Positions 15,001 through 26,960 of a DNA stretch of 64,000 bases are shown here, one piece after another; position 1 is the first letter of the stretch; the number at the start of each line of letters is the position of its first letter. Location: contig NC_058383.1 of the NCBI RefSeq assembly GCF_018350175.1, positions 17,484,001-17,548,000 on the forward strand, written 5' to 3'. Origin of the DNA: Felis catus. Taxonomy: Eukaryota. The translations under genes were made by a program, and so were the position numbers. The notes below the pieces were generated by a model that was not told the origin of the DNA, made no database searches, and saw nothing but the letters and a program-made list of their open reading frames with translations.

Positions 15001-15766
15001 CCGTACGGGGGAAGTGTGGGAAATACTTCGTGCCGTCGGTGAGGTACTGTACATGTCCAAACGTCCAACAGAATTGTGGGAGTCTGTTGTGAGGGCAGCA
15101 GGGAGCCATGGATATGTTCTTTCTAAGCTGGGGAAGGACGCCTAAGGTGAGAGGCAAGAAGAACTCTTAAGAGGCACCACATACGCTCATCTAGGGGTGT
15201 CAGGGCTTGATGTGTGAGTTCCCTAACCCGTTCACTTCTTCCTAGACCCCGGCCACCCTGACTGAGTCAGCACCCCATTAAGCCCACCTCCCAAATCTGA
15301 AATTCTAGTTCTAAACCTCTGTCTTGCAGAGGCCCTTTGGGGATGCAGATTTACCAGCCCAAACTGGTTCTTCCCTCTCAGCAATCTGGACTCCCTGATG
15401 CCACCACTGTCCTCCTACCCACCCATCTCCAGGCCTTTATTCCCAGCCCCCAACTGGTCCTGACCCTGTGTTCTAGTCCCTTCCTTGCCACCCTCTCTGC
15501 CCATGTCCTCCAAAGTTCCAACCCTCTTCCCTGTGACTCAACAACTCCACCATACTTCCTCTGGCTGCCCCCTCCCCTCGCTCTTGGTACACTGACTTCG
15601 CCTCCCAGTGCCAAAAGATAAAAGCCACCAGACAGGAAAGCCTACAACTTCCTGCTCTCCCACCTACAAATTCCTCTCTAGCTCCACCCTCACTACTTCT
15701 TTCCACACACTATCCTGATTTCCTCACTTCCATTCATTCATTCACCCATTCAACAAGTACTATCTT

Positions 15767-15980
15767 AGGGGCGCCTGGGTAGCCGAGTCGTTTAAGCATG
15801 CTACTCTTGATTTCAGCTCAGGTCATGATCTTGCGGTTCACGGGTTTGAGCCCCGCATCAGGCTCTCAGCTCAGAGCCTGGAGCCTGCTTTGGATTCTGT
15901 GTCTCCCTCTCTCTCTGTCCCTCCCCCACTCACGCTCTGTCTCTCTCAAAAATAAACATTAAAAAAAAAAGCAAAAAAAC
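15767..15980 (+). mobile_element. CAN-SINE
   Basis: SINE head and tail. Confidence 0.88.
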
Positions 15981-18200
15981 AAGTACTGTCTTAGAACCTA
16001 CTGTATGCCAGATACCATATTAGAAACTAGGGACACAGAAGCAAACAGATTAAGTCCTTCCCTTGGAGCTGACATCTTTGATTCCATGCGACCTGGCTTT
16101 GGTCCCCCTAACTCTTTGTAGCACAGCCAAGGATACCAAGGCCTCTCATAGCAAATCCAATTGCCATTTCTGGTTCTCGGTCTCTTACCACCTCTCGCCA
16201 ACATCCTACACTTTATCATTTACTCCTTCCTCAATCTCTCTTCTTCAGGATACCACCACCATCTCCTCCATGTCTCTGGCTGCTCTTTGTCTAATTCACA
16301 AATACTAACATTCCGTCTTCTGTCCTCTTTCTGGAAGCTGCCACCTATAGGATGAAAACTTCCAAACTTGGATCTTTCTCTCAAACATCAGACCTGTACA
16401 TCCATCTGCTGTCTTGCTAGCTCCTGACTGGACCACAGAAGTTTTGGGCCAAATTATGTCAGAGCTGAGCACTTTGCTTTCCTTGGAACCTGCTCCTCCT
16501 CTGGTATTCCTGAGCTTAGGGAATGGCACTGTTGCCCACCCAGAAACTTGTGGGCCAGAAACTCAGCTAAGAGTCACCCTGCTGCTCTCATAGCCATTTA
16601 GTCACTGAGTGCAAGCCATTCTGCTTCTTAAAAAGTTCTCAGCCCAAGTGCCTCCTCTCTTGCCAGCACTGGTGGTATAGTGGTGAGCACAGCCGTCTTC
16701 CAAGTCCCTCCTCTCTACCCCTCCTGCCCCTACTTCTGTGCCCGGGCCTGACCGAGCCTCCTGACTGGTCCCACTGTACCTCTGCTCCGCCCTACCTTCG
16801 ACCTTATCAAAAGCCACCATTTTATATAGTGTTTAGTGCCTTTCAGGTAGTGTGCTAAGTGCTTTGCAAGGACCACTTCATTTAATCCCCACAAGGTAAG
16901 AGTATGAACCCTAGACTAAAGATGAGAAAACAGGCCATGAAAGGTATCGCTATCCACCCCTGGCCATACATCCAGAAGTGCAGAAGTCCCAGTGGATGAC
17001 ACCCACGAAGGCCAGACTCCAGGACCCCAGCTAGAAATCACTGTGCAGTCCAGCCTCTCTGCTTCATCCACTTCCGGTCGCAAGTCTCTCCTTGAGGCAG
17101 AAATCAAGTCCTCTTCAATTCTGGACCCCACGTGCCCAGCACAGAGTTGGCTTTGAGGAGGCCTCAGCAAACATTTCCTCAATCACTACACAAGCTGGGG
17201 TGATGATCCCCAGTAATTGCTCTATTTGCTTCTATGTTGCGGGTTGACTGGGAACTCTTCAAGGGCACAGACCTGTGTTCTGAGGATATAAAGTCTGTGC
17301 TTCCAGTCAATATTTGCAACTGAGTGAATAATAACCATTACAGTTAAGGCATGGAGTAGTTTCTATTTCCTAGGTAGCATCCTCAATTCTTTAAGTATAT
17401 TAGTGTACAAAGGCACTACGAAGTAAATGCTTTGGTTCTCCTGTCTTCACAGATGAAAAAAAAAACTGTGGCACAGAGAAGTTAAGAAACTTAACTTCTA
17501 AATTAAGCCCAGCAGCATCAGCTTATCAGAGAAAGAATACGATGCAACCATAGGCAATTTGCTTCCAGAGCCTGTACTCCCATCTTCTTAGCTCTACAGC
17601 CTCCACAGGGACCAGAGGCATGAACTAATGCCCCAGAGTCTAAAGGAAAAGGACTGAAGTTTGAGTTCAGCCACGAACTTGCGCTGTGACTTCAGGTGTC
17701 CCTCATTCCTTCACAGGGCTGCTATTACGAGGAACAAGTCAGCCAACAATTTGCCAAGTGCCCAAAACAATGCCTGGTCTACAGTAAGTGCCTGGGAAAG
17801 AGCCTGAATGTTCTCATTTAATGAATTATTTCTCGGGCACCTATACTGCCCTTGTCCCATGGTGGGGACATACAGATAAAACAGACAAAGTACCATGCCA
17901 ACAAGGGACATGAACATGAAAATGAATCATTGAGTGAAAACTGATCAGCAGGCAAAAGACCTCTATGTGCTCTGTAGAGGGAACAGAGTACGGTGGGAGT
18001 TTGATGGGGTTGGGGGAGGATTTTGTCAGGGGCAGGATCAAAGAGGAAGACCAGGGGCTTGGGAGGATGACCGACATTTCTGAACAAACAAGGTTGAGAA
18101 AGCAGTGGGGAGATGAGGGGAGGATAGGCAAAGCTGGTGGTGGCTACGGGGCAGAAAGAAATTACCAAGGGAGCCAGGGGCCTCAAGAATGGCTGCCTCT

Positions 18201-18430
18201 GGGGTGCCTGGGTGGCGCAGTCGGTTAAGCGTCCGACTTCAGCCAGGTCACGATCTCGCGGTCTGTGAGTTCGAGCCCCGCGTCAGGCTCTGGGCTGATG
18301 GCTCAGAACCTGGAGCCTCCTTCCGATTCTGTGTCTCCTTCTCTCTCTGCCCCTCCCCCATTCATGCTCTGTCTCTCTCTGTCTCAAAAATAAATAAATG
18401 TTAAAAAAAAAAATTAAAAAAAAAAAAAAA
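18201..18430 (+). mobile_element. Young felid SINE (SINEC_Fc type) with a perfect 16-bp TSD aagaatggctgcctct
   Basis: TSD at 18185-18200 and 18431-18446; diagnostic ttcagccaggtcacgatctcgcg. Confidence 0.93.
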
Positions 18431-18903
18431 AAGAATGGCTGCCTCTGAGAGGGCAGGGGCCACCTCAGCAAAGACCTTTCTTCTTTGTAAATAGGACCTA
18501 TAATGAGACTGTCCTCAGAAAAAAGACTGCGTGAAAAACAAGTCAGGTGACGCATGTCCAGCAGTCAGCACTATGCTTAGCACATACTGAACATTCGTAA
18601 ATGATAGTTATTAAAAGAAAAGATTCTGGAGCCACAGGGCCTGGGTTCAAATTCCTAGCTCTACTATGTCCCCTCCATGACCTTGACCTCAGCTTCATCT
18701 ATAAAAGGGAATAATAGTACCCACCTCACAAAGTTGTTATGAGAGTTCAACGAGCTCACAAATGGAAAGCAGCCTGCATACAGCAAATACAAAAGTATCA
18801 GACTAAAATGTGCACAGATTACAGACCAGGAGCCAAAGAGATCACAACCTGCTGTTGCAGGTCACAAAGCAAGTGAGAACCCAGGCCTGTCCAGGTCACT
18901 CAC

Positions 18904-19415
18904 CAGCGGCTCCAAGTCCGGCAGACTCGCATGCAAATGCACAGCTCTCGGGGCCCGAGGTGCTGGAAGACACGAAGCCAGGCGGCACGGGGCAGGGGGT
19001 GGTCGGATCCAGCAGCCAAAGGCAGCGTGTCGGGCTCAGGGCTTCGAGGTGGGGGCCGTACCACGTGCCTCTCCAGCTGTGGGGGCCGGGGCGGTGGGGC
19101 GGGGCCCAGGGGCCAGCTGAGGAGGGGCCCCCCACTGCCAGGGCGCACAGCCCGCCGCCCCCCGCGGTTCTCCTTCTCGCCCGAGCTGCCCCGGGCTGGC
19201 CGTCGCCCATTCCGGGCCTCGCCAGGGGCCTCATCCTCACTCAGCGATGTGCCTGAAGAGTCGGAGTCAGAATCTGAGTCTGAGGAGGACGAGGAGGTGT
19301 CAGGCACCCGCTCCAGCAGCTGGCACATGCGCTTGAAACGTTCTAGCTTCTCCCTCTGTGGCGATGGGGACGGCACTGCCGGGCCCTCAGCAGAGGCCAA
19401 AGGCGGCTTTGGTTT
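18904..19415 (-). CDS. FBXL19: FBXL19 exon with Ser/Asp-rich linker and F-box ([11 protein letters not shown]...[31 protein letters not shown])
   Basis: tgcag| acceptor, TG|gtgagt donor; F-box consensus. Confidence 0.95.
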
Positions 19416-20525
19416 CTGCAAGGAGATAGGGGGAGGCTGTTCTAGGGCCTGGGGTGCACTGTCCCACCTCCCTGCCCCTGAGGAGTCAGCAGGGGATGAG
19501 CAGCCCAAGAGACAGTCCCGAGTTCCAGTCGTGGCTATGCCCCCGAACGATGTGAAGCCTCAGCCACACCATGTCCCTCTGGACCTTGGTCTCCTTATCT
19601 GTCACATGAAGGCATTGATTCAAAGAATTAAAAGCCCTATGGGTTTCAACAGCTTATGAGTTTCCAAACGCAGTGAAATATGGAGAACAATTAGAGATGT
19701 AGTTTTGTGTATCAGCCTGGCTATCGAACTCTCTGTGGCCTTTGGAAACCCCTGGCTCATCACCTGCAACACAGAATGCTGGACTAGATGATTCCAAGTA
19801 TCTGTTCAAGGATGTGAGAGTGACAGAGCATCTCACGCTAACTCAACATACTCTCACAGTGCTTGCATGGAATGGCAACCTGGGCCACTCTTCTTAGACA
19901 TGAGGAGACGGACGCTCTGAGAGACTAAGTGACTAGCCCAGATTATAAAATGACAAATGGCAAAAGCAGGATTTGAACACAATCAGGCAGACCCTTGCAT
20001 TTGTGTGTCAGGGCAAAGTGACACCTGAAGTTCAGCCTTGCTGTGTGACCCTGGGCAAGTCTTTTAACCTTTCTGGGCCTCCTTTTCCACAACCCTAGGT
20101 ACATTTCACAGTTCACAAAACTCATTTACTTTCATTAGATGTAAACAGTTCTGTGAGATAGGTGGGTAGGGTAGGCAGTATCATCTCCTTCACACATGAG
20201 GAAACCAAGGTTCAGAACAGCTGACAAGTTGCCAAGACCACACAGGGAGTCAGTGGGCAGGGATCTGAACTCAGTTCTTTTTCCCTTTAAGATGTGGAAA
20301 GATGATGCAAATGGATCAGATGACACCCCAAGGGTTCTTGGAAAGTTCGGAAGCCTGGCCCCAACCCACCTCTCCCCCTCCACTCTTCCCAGGGGTCCAG
20401 ATGCCCATTGTGGCCAAATGGGGCAGGGGCAGACAAGGTGAGCAGGAAGGGACAGATCTCTGTCTCCAGGGTGGAGGGTGGGGCAAGGAAAGGTGGGAGG
20501 GGGAGGGAGGAGGTCCCCGGCACAC

Positions 20526-20687
20526 CTCCCAGTTCTCGGGAGGGAGCCCAGGGTGGCAGGACGAGAAAGCCTGGCTTGGATTCAGAACCCTGGGGGGCAG
20601 AAGGCCGGGGCCGCCTGGGTCCGATCCTCGGAGGAGGCAGGCATCTCCACCCACCTTCTTCAGGTGCCTCTCTCGGCCTCCTTTCAC
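20526..20687 (-). CDS. FBXL19: FBXL19 exon ([11 protein letters not shown]...PPENWE); possible short form 20655-20687
   Basis: tag| acceptor, GAG|gtgtg donor, phase 0-0, 162 nt. Confidence 0.85.
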
Positions 20688-21193
20688 CTACCAGAGTAAG
20701 AGGGAAATATGGGGAAAGGGAAAGACCCCATTAGCCCCTCATTGTCCACAAAGCTAAGATCCATGCTCTCTTCTTAAACTACAAATCCCAGAAGCCCCCA
20801 TCTCAGGAAGAACTCTGAGCATGCTCACCTCCCCAACAGTCTCTTGGCTCACTGAGCATGCTCTCATCTTCTCTTTCTTCCCCCTCAGGCCCTTCCCAGC
20901 CCCTCCTTCTTCCTCTGTAGCAGCTAAATTGAGCAGGCTCTCTCCCTCCTACCTGAAGCACCCTGAGCTCCCAAAGCTTCCCTGCCCAGTACAAGTTGCA
21001 CCTCACCTGTACCTCTCTTCCCCACTGAGCATGCTCCATCCTCCTCCCAATACCTCCTGAACTACATCTCCCAAAAACCCCTTGGGGAACCCACAGAGCA
21101 CAGCGTCCCAGGCCCACCCTCCCCAACAAGGAACAAGACTACTGCTCCCAGAATCCTTTGTGCTAGACCTAGTGAGCATGCTCCCTGGCTCAC

Positions 21194-21412
21194 CTTTTTC
21201 CTTGGGGTGGGGGGCTCATTCCCTGCCTCCCTCTCCTTTCTTTTGGGGGGCCCAGGCACGTCCTCTGGGGGGGGCCCAGCAGGTAGGGGGCCCTTGCGCC
21301 TGGGTGGGGGTGGTGGAAGCGGCGGCTCCTCCGTCAGCTTCCATCCACTCCCCAGGCTGGCGCCCTCCTCGCCGTTGTCAGCCCTGCGGCGGCCTGGTCC
21401 CTCACCTGAATC
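21194..21412 (-). CDS. FBXL19: FBXL19 Pro-rich exon ([10 protein letters not shown]...PTPRKK)
   Basis: ccag| acceptor, AAG|gtgag donor, 219 nt. Confidence 0.92.
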
Positions 21413-21505
21413 CTGGGGAGATGGAAGCTGAGGGTGAGGTTCTATCCAGCTCTCCGACCCACTGCCTACCCAGAGTCCAGCACCCAGCCCAGCCCCTATC
21501 CTTAC

Positions 21506-21592
21506 CTTGCTGGTCCGGCCTTCCTGGGTGCATCGAGGGCACTCCCAGCAGTTAGGGATCTCCGCATTGATGACACCCTCAGCCTTCCCCAT
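21506..21592 (-). CDS. FBXL19: FBXL19 PHD finger, second half ([29 protein letters not shown])
   Basis: acag| acceptor, AAG|gtaag donor; NCWECPxC motif of the KDM2 family. Confidence 0.95.
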
Positions 21593-21695
21593 CTGTAGGC
21601 AGAGGGCAGGGAGTGGATGTAGGGTGCCAGTAAACCCAGAGGCAGCATTCCCCAGGGCCATCACCTTCAGACTCCAGGGCCCCCAGGGCCATCAC

Positions 21696-21839
21696 CTTCA
21701 GGCAGCCAGGGTGGACGATCTCATTGCAGATTGTACACTCCATGAGGCTCAAACCAAATTTCTCTTCCTCTCCCTCCACTGTGTCCTCCTTCCCAGCCTC
21801 CCCACATAAGAGGCACACAGCTGTGTGTGGGAGCACGGG
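21696..21839 (-). CDS. FBXL19: FBXL19 PHD finger, first half ([12 protein letters not shown]...[16 protein letters not shown])
   Basis: acag| acceptor, AAG|gtgat donor, 144 nt. Confidence 0.95.
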
Positions 21840-23220
21840 CTGTTGGGGAAGAGAGGGTGTTAGGGACCCTGAAAGCAAGCAACAGGGGAGAGACCCTCCC
21901 GTCTGGGGAGCCTGGCCAATGCTGGATGAAATTCAGAACCCACGGGCCAAGAGATCAAATCCTGAATTTGTTCCTTTTTGGCAGTGTAACCTTGAACAAG
22001 TGACTTAACCTCCCTATGTCTTTGTTTCTCCATCTGTAAAATGGTGCTAAGCATTTTTCTTCTGTGGGACTATTGGAAGAATGAGATAATGCATGAGAGG
22101 CACCGGATACATAGTTGTTATCGCTGTTGGAAATGTTGCAGCTGGAGTCAGGGTCTGTGTGTGTGACCCTGAAAATTGTAGCTGGCTTTGCCGAAGAAGA
22201 GAAACCATGGGAAATATGACAATACTACCGAGAGAGAGCTGCAGAGGACGTGGCAACAGCTTGGGATGATTCTGAGTTTGCTCAATGGGCAGCCCAAGGG
22301 TTGCTCTGGAGCCTAGAATGAACCAGGTTTTGGCAAGACTCCTGGGAACACTAAAAAGTACCATGAGAAAGAGAGCAGCCCTGAGACAACTTGACTTTGG
22401 GAAGGGCAGTGGTAACACGTAGTCATCTGAGGGACGCTGAAGGTCGGGAGACAGGCCCAAGGAAAAAGTAGGTCGGGAAAGGAGAAACAGGAAAGCGAGG
22501 CAACGGTTTGGGTACAAAGGGAGAGAAGGGAGTGCTGTGGGGTAAAGAAGCAGCAAAAAGTGGCTGGAAGGAAAAGGAGGTGGTGGTCCTCCAGGAGGGG
22601 GCGCAGGATGCAGCTGGCTCCTTAAGGCTGCTGGAGAAGGGCCACATTCTGGAGCCCCAGGAAGCTTAAAGGAAAAGACTCACATTCTCCAGATACCTAC
22701 TGTGTGCTGGGCCCAGTAGCAGGAACACTCACAACCATGCCACTGTTTAATCTTTACACTTGGCAAAGAAAATGTTTCACAGAAAAGACACCTTGAGGTT
22801 CAAAGTGTTTGTTCAAGGTCAAGCAAAGGGTAAGCCTGCCTCAACTTCAAGACCACTCTGGCAGGTGAGGAAGAAGCCAAAGAAGGCTAAGACCTATTCA
22901 CCAGGGCTGGCTCTGGAAGTGGGCCTCTGTACACAAATCCCTCCAGGGAGGGGTACAAGACCAAGACAGGGTGAGCTCTCTATGGGTCTGTGCTTCTGAA
23001 GCTGGGAAAAGCATGAAAGCAGGCACTAGGTTAGATTCTCCTAGGTTCCCTAACATTGCCCCCAGCTTGGAGCGAAACTGGGCCTGGTGGACATTTAAAC
23101 AAAATAGTGAAAAAATTCATGAATAAATAGCAACTCTACAGTACATGCCAGGAAGCCACCCCCAGAAAGGCCCTTGGGCCAGCTGGGGAAGGGTACCCAA
23201 AGCCCCAAGGGTGTTTGATG

Positions 23221-23456
23221 NNNNNNNNNNNNNNNNNNNNNNNNNNNNNNNNNNNNNNNNNNNNNNNNNNNNNNNNNNNNNNNNNNNNNNNNNNNNNNNN
23301 NNNNNNNNNNNNNNNNNNNNNNNNNNNNNNNNNNNNNNNNNNNNNNNNNNNNNNNNNNNNNNNNNNNNNNNNNNNNNNNNNNNNNNNNNNNNNNNNNNNN
23401 NNNNNNNNNNNNNNNNNNNNNNNNNNNNNNNNNNNNNNNNNNNNNNNNNNNNNNNN
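23221..23456. other. FBXL19: Assembly gap probably holding the FBXL19 CXXC zinc-finger exon
   Basis: CXXC is expected just upstream of the PHD exon and is not seen elsewhere; the minus strand entering the gap reads ctcacctgacctgc, like a branch point/acceptor. Confidence 0.7.
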
Positions 23457-25095
23457 GCAGGTCAGGTGAGCCCACTGAGGCCCTGGCCTGAGAAACTCTC
23501 GCAGATCCCCTCTTTCCTAGGCAACCAGAGCTTGCCCTCTTACCCAGGGAGAGACAAGGAGGTCATCCCTCCTGCAGGGGAGGTGGGTGGGGGGTGGGGG
23601 GGGAACAACACTCCCTCCACTCAAGGCCTCTCTCTCCAAAGCAGCTCACCTGGCTCCTCTGGGAGTCTGAGAACTGGCTTCCTGACCTCACTCCTCTTTC
23701 CTCTAACACTTCCTCAGTGTCCTCTTGCCTAGCCCGGAGATGAGGAAGGGACTAGGGCCTCTGCACGGACATCCCCACACCAAAGCTCCCTAGAAAGCCA
23801 GGGGCTCCTTTTCTGTGGAGTTACCTTAGAGAGGCCCCAACTCTTCCTCTTTTACCCAAATGTAATACACCCCATGCATTCTCCAACCTAAAATTTCCCA
23901 GACTTACCTCCAAAATACCCACAGATTCCTGGGTAGAAGCTCCAGACCTTTCTTCCTCCCTCCTTTCTCTCTCTCTCACACACAACTACCACCCAATCTC
24001 TCTTCCTCCAAAACCTATACATTGTCAACACATCCAATGGGATGCTTCCCTCCCCCATCCCTAAAGATTCACTCTGCTGCCCAGGGCTCTGAGACACCCC
24101 TCCCCCCAATGCTGCTTCAGAGCTCTTCCTCAGTCCAACATCTCAACTCCTCTGCTCCCCACAGAGCTCCCTCTGCCCCAAGACACCCTCCTCTTGGATC
24201 TCTCATGTCAATCTGGGCAATTTCCCAGATTCCCTGGCATTCTAGAATCCACCCTGACATCTCCACAGAACTCAGGATGGGCTCAGTCCTACATGTCTTC
24301 CCCCCCAACCCCCAAGCTTCCCAGGCTGCTTTCCATTCCTAATTGTCTAGAATCCCTTGGGCTCCCCTTCCCATGGAAACCAGATCCTCCAAGATCCCAT
24401 ACAGACTCAGCAGGCCTGGAGGGTCTCTTCATGGCCAGAGTCTTACCCCAGCTTCCCCCTTTCCAGGGACTTCCAGACCCATCCATGGGGGGAAGGGGCC
24501 CTCCAGTGCTCCAGGGGAGGGGCCTGGAGGGCGGCGACTGCAGGCAGGGATGGGGGTCTGCAAGGGGAAGCAGGGTCTAGGAAGGAAGGCCAGTTCCCCA
24601 GGGTTGAGAGGTAACAGGAAGGAGGGCTGGAGATGAGGAGTTTGGAGCAAAGAGAGGGCGAGGCTGGNNNNNNNNNNNNNNNNNNNNNNNNNNNNNNNNN
24701 NNNNNNNNNNNNNNNNNNNNNNNNNNNNNNNNNNNNNNNNNNNNNNNNNNNNNNNNNNNNNNNNNNNNNNNNNNNNNNNNNNNNNNNNNNNNNNNNNNNN
24801 NNNNNNNNNNNNNNNNNNNNNNNNNNNNNNNNNNNNNNNNNNNNNNNNNNNNNNNNNNNNNNNNNNNNNNNNNNNNNNNNNNNNNNNNNNNNNNNNNNNN
24901 NNNNNNNNNNNNNNNNNNNNNNNNNNNNNNNNNNNNNNNNNNNNNNNNNNNNNNNNNNNNNNNNNNNNNNNNNNNNNNNNNNNNNNNNNNNNNNNNNNNN
25001 NNNNNNNNNNNNNNNNNNNNNNNNNNNNNNNNNNNNNNNNNNNNNNNNNNNNNNNNNNNNNNNNNNNNNNNNNNNNNNNNNNNNNNNNNNNNNNN

Positions 25096-26960
25096 GGGGT
25101 CTGAGTCACAGCTCCCCTCCCCCCACCCCACCTCTCCACAGTGCCCCCGGCCCTTTAACTGGCCCCTTCCCGGCTCCCACTGCCCAGGGGTCCAGGACCA
25201 GGCCTGGGCCCCCCCACCGTTTCCGGGGTTCAAGCCCCGCCCACCGCCGGTTCCCGGGGAGGGGGGGGTCCCTGTAACCTGCCCCCCTCCCCTGGGCCCG
25301 CCCCTAGACTGCGGCCCCCTGCCCTAGGGCTACGGGGCGAGCGGAGGGGGGTGAAGGAAGCTGCTTCGGCCCCGCCCCCCCAGCCTGCGCGCGCCCCCGC
25401 CCTCGCCCCCTCCCCCCAGCGCGCGACCCTCCGGAGATAGGGGTTTAAATAAAATTTGAATAAATCCCCTTCCTTAAGCTGGAAGGTGGAAGGAAAGGAT
25501 GGAAGGGGGCAGGGAAAGGGGGAGGGGGCAANNNNNNNNNNNNNNNNNNNNNNNNNNNNNNNNNNNNNNNNNNNNNNNNNNNNNNNNNNNNNNNNNNNNN
25601 NNNNNNNNNNNNNNNNNNNNNNNNNNNNNNNNNNNNNNNNNNNNNNNNNNNNNNNNNNNNNNNNNNNNNNNNNNNNNNNNNNNNNNNNNNNNNNNNNNNN
25701 NNNNNNNNNNNNNNNNNNNNNNNNNNNNNNNCCACCACCTCCACTTTCCAGGGCGAACACGCGCAGGGCACGACGGAAATCGTAGTCCTGCGGACGCCGG
25801 TGATACCGTGGGAACAATGGGACGCTGGGGCCAGCGGGGACTACAAGCAAGATGGCGGAGGGCGTGCCAAGCCGGGAGCCGAGGATGCCGGGAGTTATAG
25901 TCCGGTTGCCCCGAGGCTCCCCGTTGCAGAGGATAGNNNNNNNNNNNNNNNNNNNNNNNNNNNNNNNNNNNNNNNNNNNNNNNNNNNNNNNNNNNNNNNN
26001 NNNNNNNNNNNNNNNNNNNNNNNNNNNNNNNNNNNNNNNNNNNNNNNNNNNNNNNNNNNNNNNNNNNNNNNNNNNNNNNNNNNNNNNNNNNNNNNNNNNN
26101 NNNNNNNNNNNNNNNNNNNNNNNNNNNNNNNNTACAAACAAGATGGCGGAAGAGGGGCGTACACCTGACTAGCAGTCGGTCTTATGAGGTGCGATGGGAG
26201 TAGTAGTTTTTTAGTCCTCTAGTGTGCCTTGAGAATGGCGGAACCGCGAGAATAAGGAGACTACCATAAAGATGGCAGGCTACCTGGCCTCTCCCCGTCG
26301 CCTCATTCTGCCACCTTGGGCTCCTCGCCTGCCTGTAATATCGAAATCCCCCCCCCCCCCCCCCTCCCTGTGGCGCAGAGCCTGACGGGAGTTGCAGTCT
26401 TCCCAGCTCCGCTCCATTATCTTTGGTCGAGACAATGGAAGGGGAAAGGGGCGGGGACAATCGAGAAAGATGCGGGCTGGAGGGAAGGGGAGACGGCGAC
26501 CTGGGTTTTGTAGTCCGCGCACTAAGGCTGCTCCCTGTGGAAACGGGAAAAATTGACTACAGTAATGATGGCTGCCTATCACTCGCTCTCTGCGGCAGTG
26601 CCTGCTGGGGGACGTAGTCCCTTCCTTAGCTCTCCAGAGAAAGGACGTGGGCTGTTGAAATGTGCATCACGGCGGACACGCCAAATTGCCAGCCTACGTA
26701 AAGCGAGAGTCTCCGCCTTCCTTTCCCCACCACCTCTTTCTGAACGACCTGCCGGGAAATGTAGTCCCACGCCTTGTCTTGCTAGTGGAGGGGGAGAATT
26801 TATGTCACCAGTGGGGATCAATGTAGGTGAGGGAGAAACACGTCGGGCGATCTAAGTAATATATAATGTCCGTCCTCGCGTATGGCAAGGACTTCATATT
26901 TGATGGTAAGGCTTGTAAAGGAAAGCAACGGTAATCAGTATTGTCGCGACAAGGGAGGCG
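25096..26960. promoter_or_regulatory. CpG island, bidirectional FBXL19 / antisense (FBXL19-AS1-like) promoter
   Basis: CpG-rich; CAAGATGGCGG (YY1) near 25848 and 26139; at least 7 GGRNNNYGTAGT-like (ACTACA/ZNF143-THAP11 type) motifs. Confidence 0.8.

Noticed and set aside
20810-21190. Spaced palindromic repeats superficially like a CRISPR array
   Set aside because: Only 10 bp, irregular spacing, inside a eukaryotic intron
23095-26172. Long ORFs spanning N runs (also near 31, 55 and 58 kb)
   Set aside because: Artefacts of gaps
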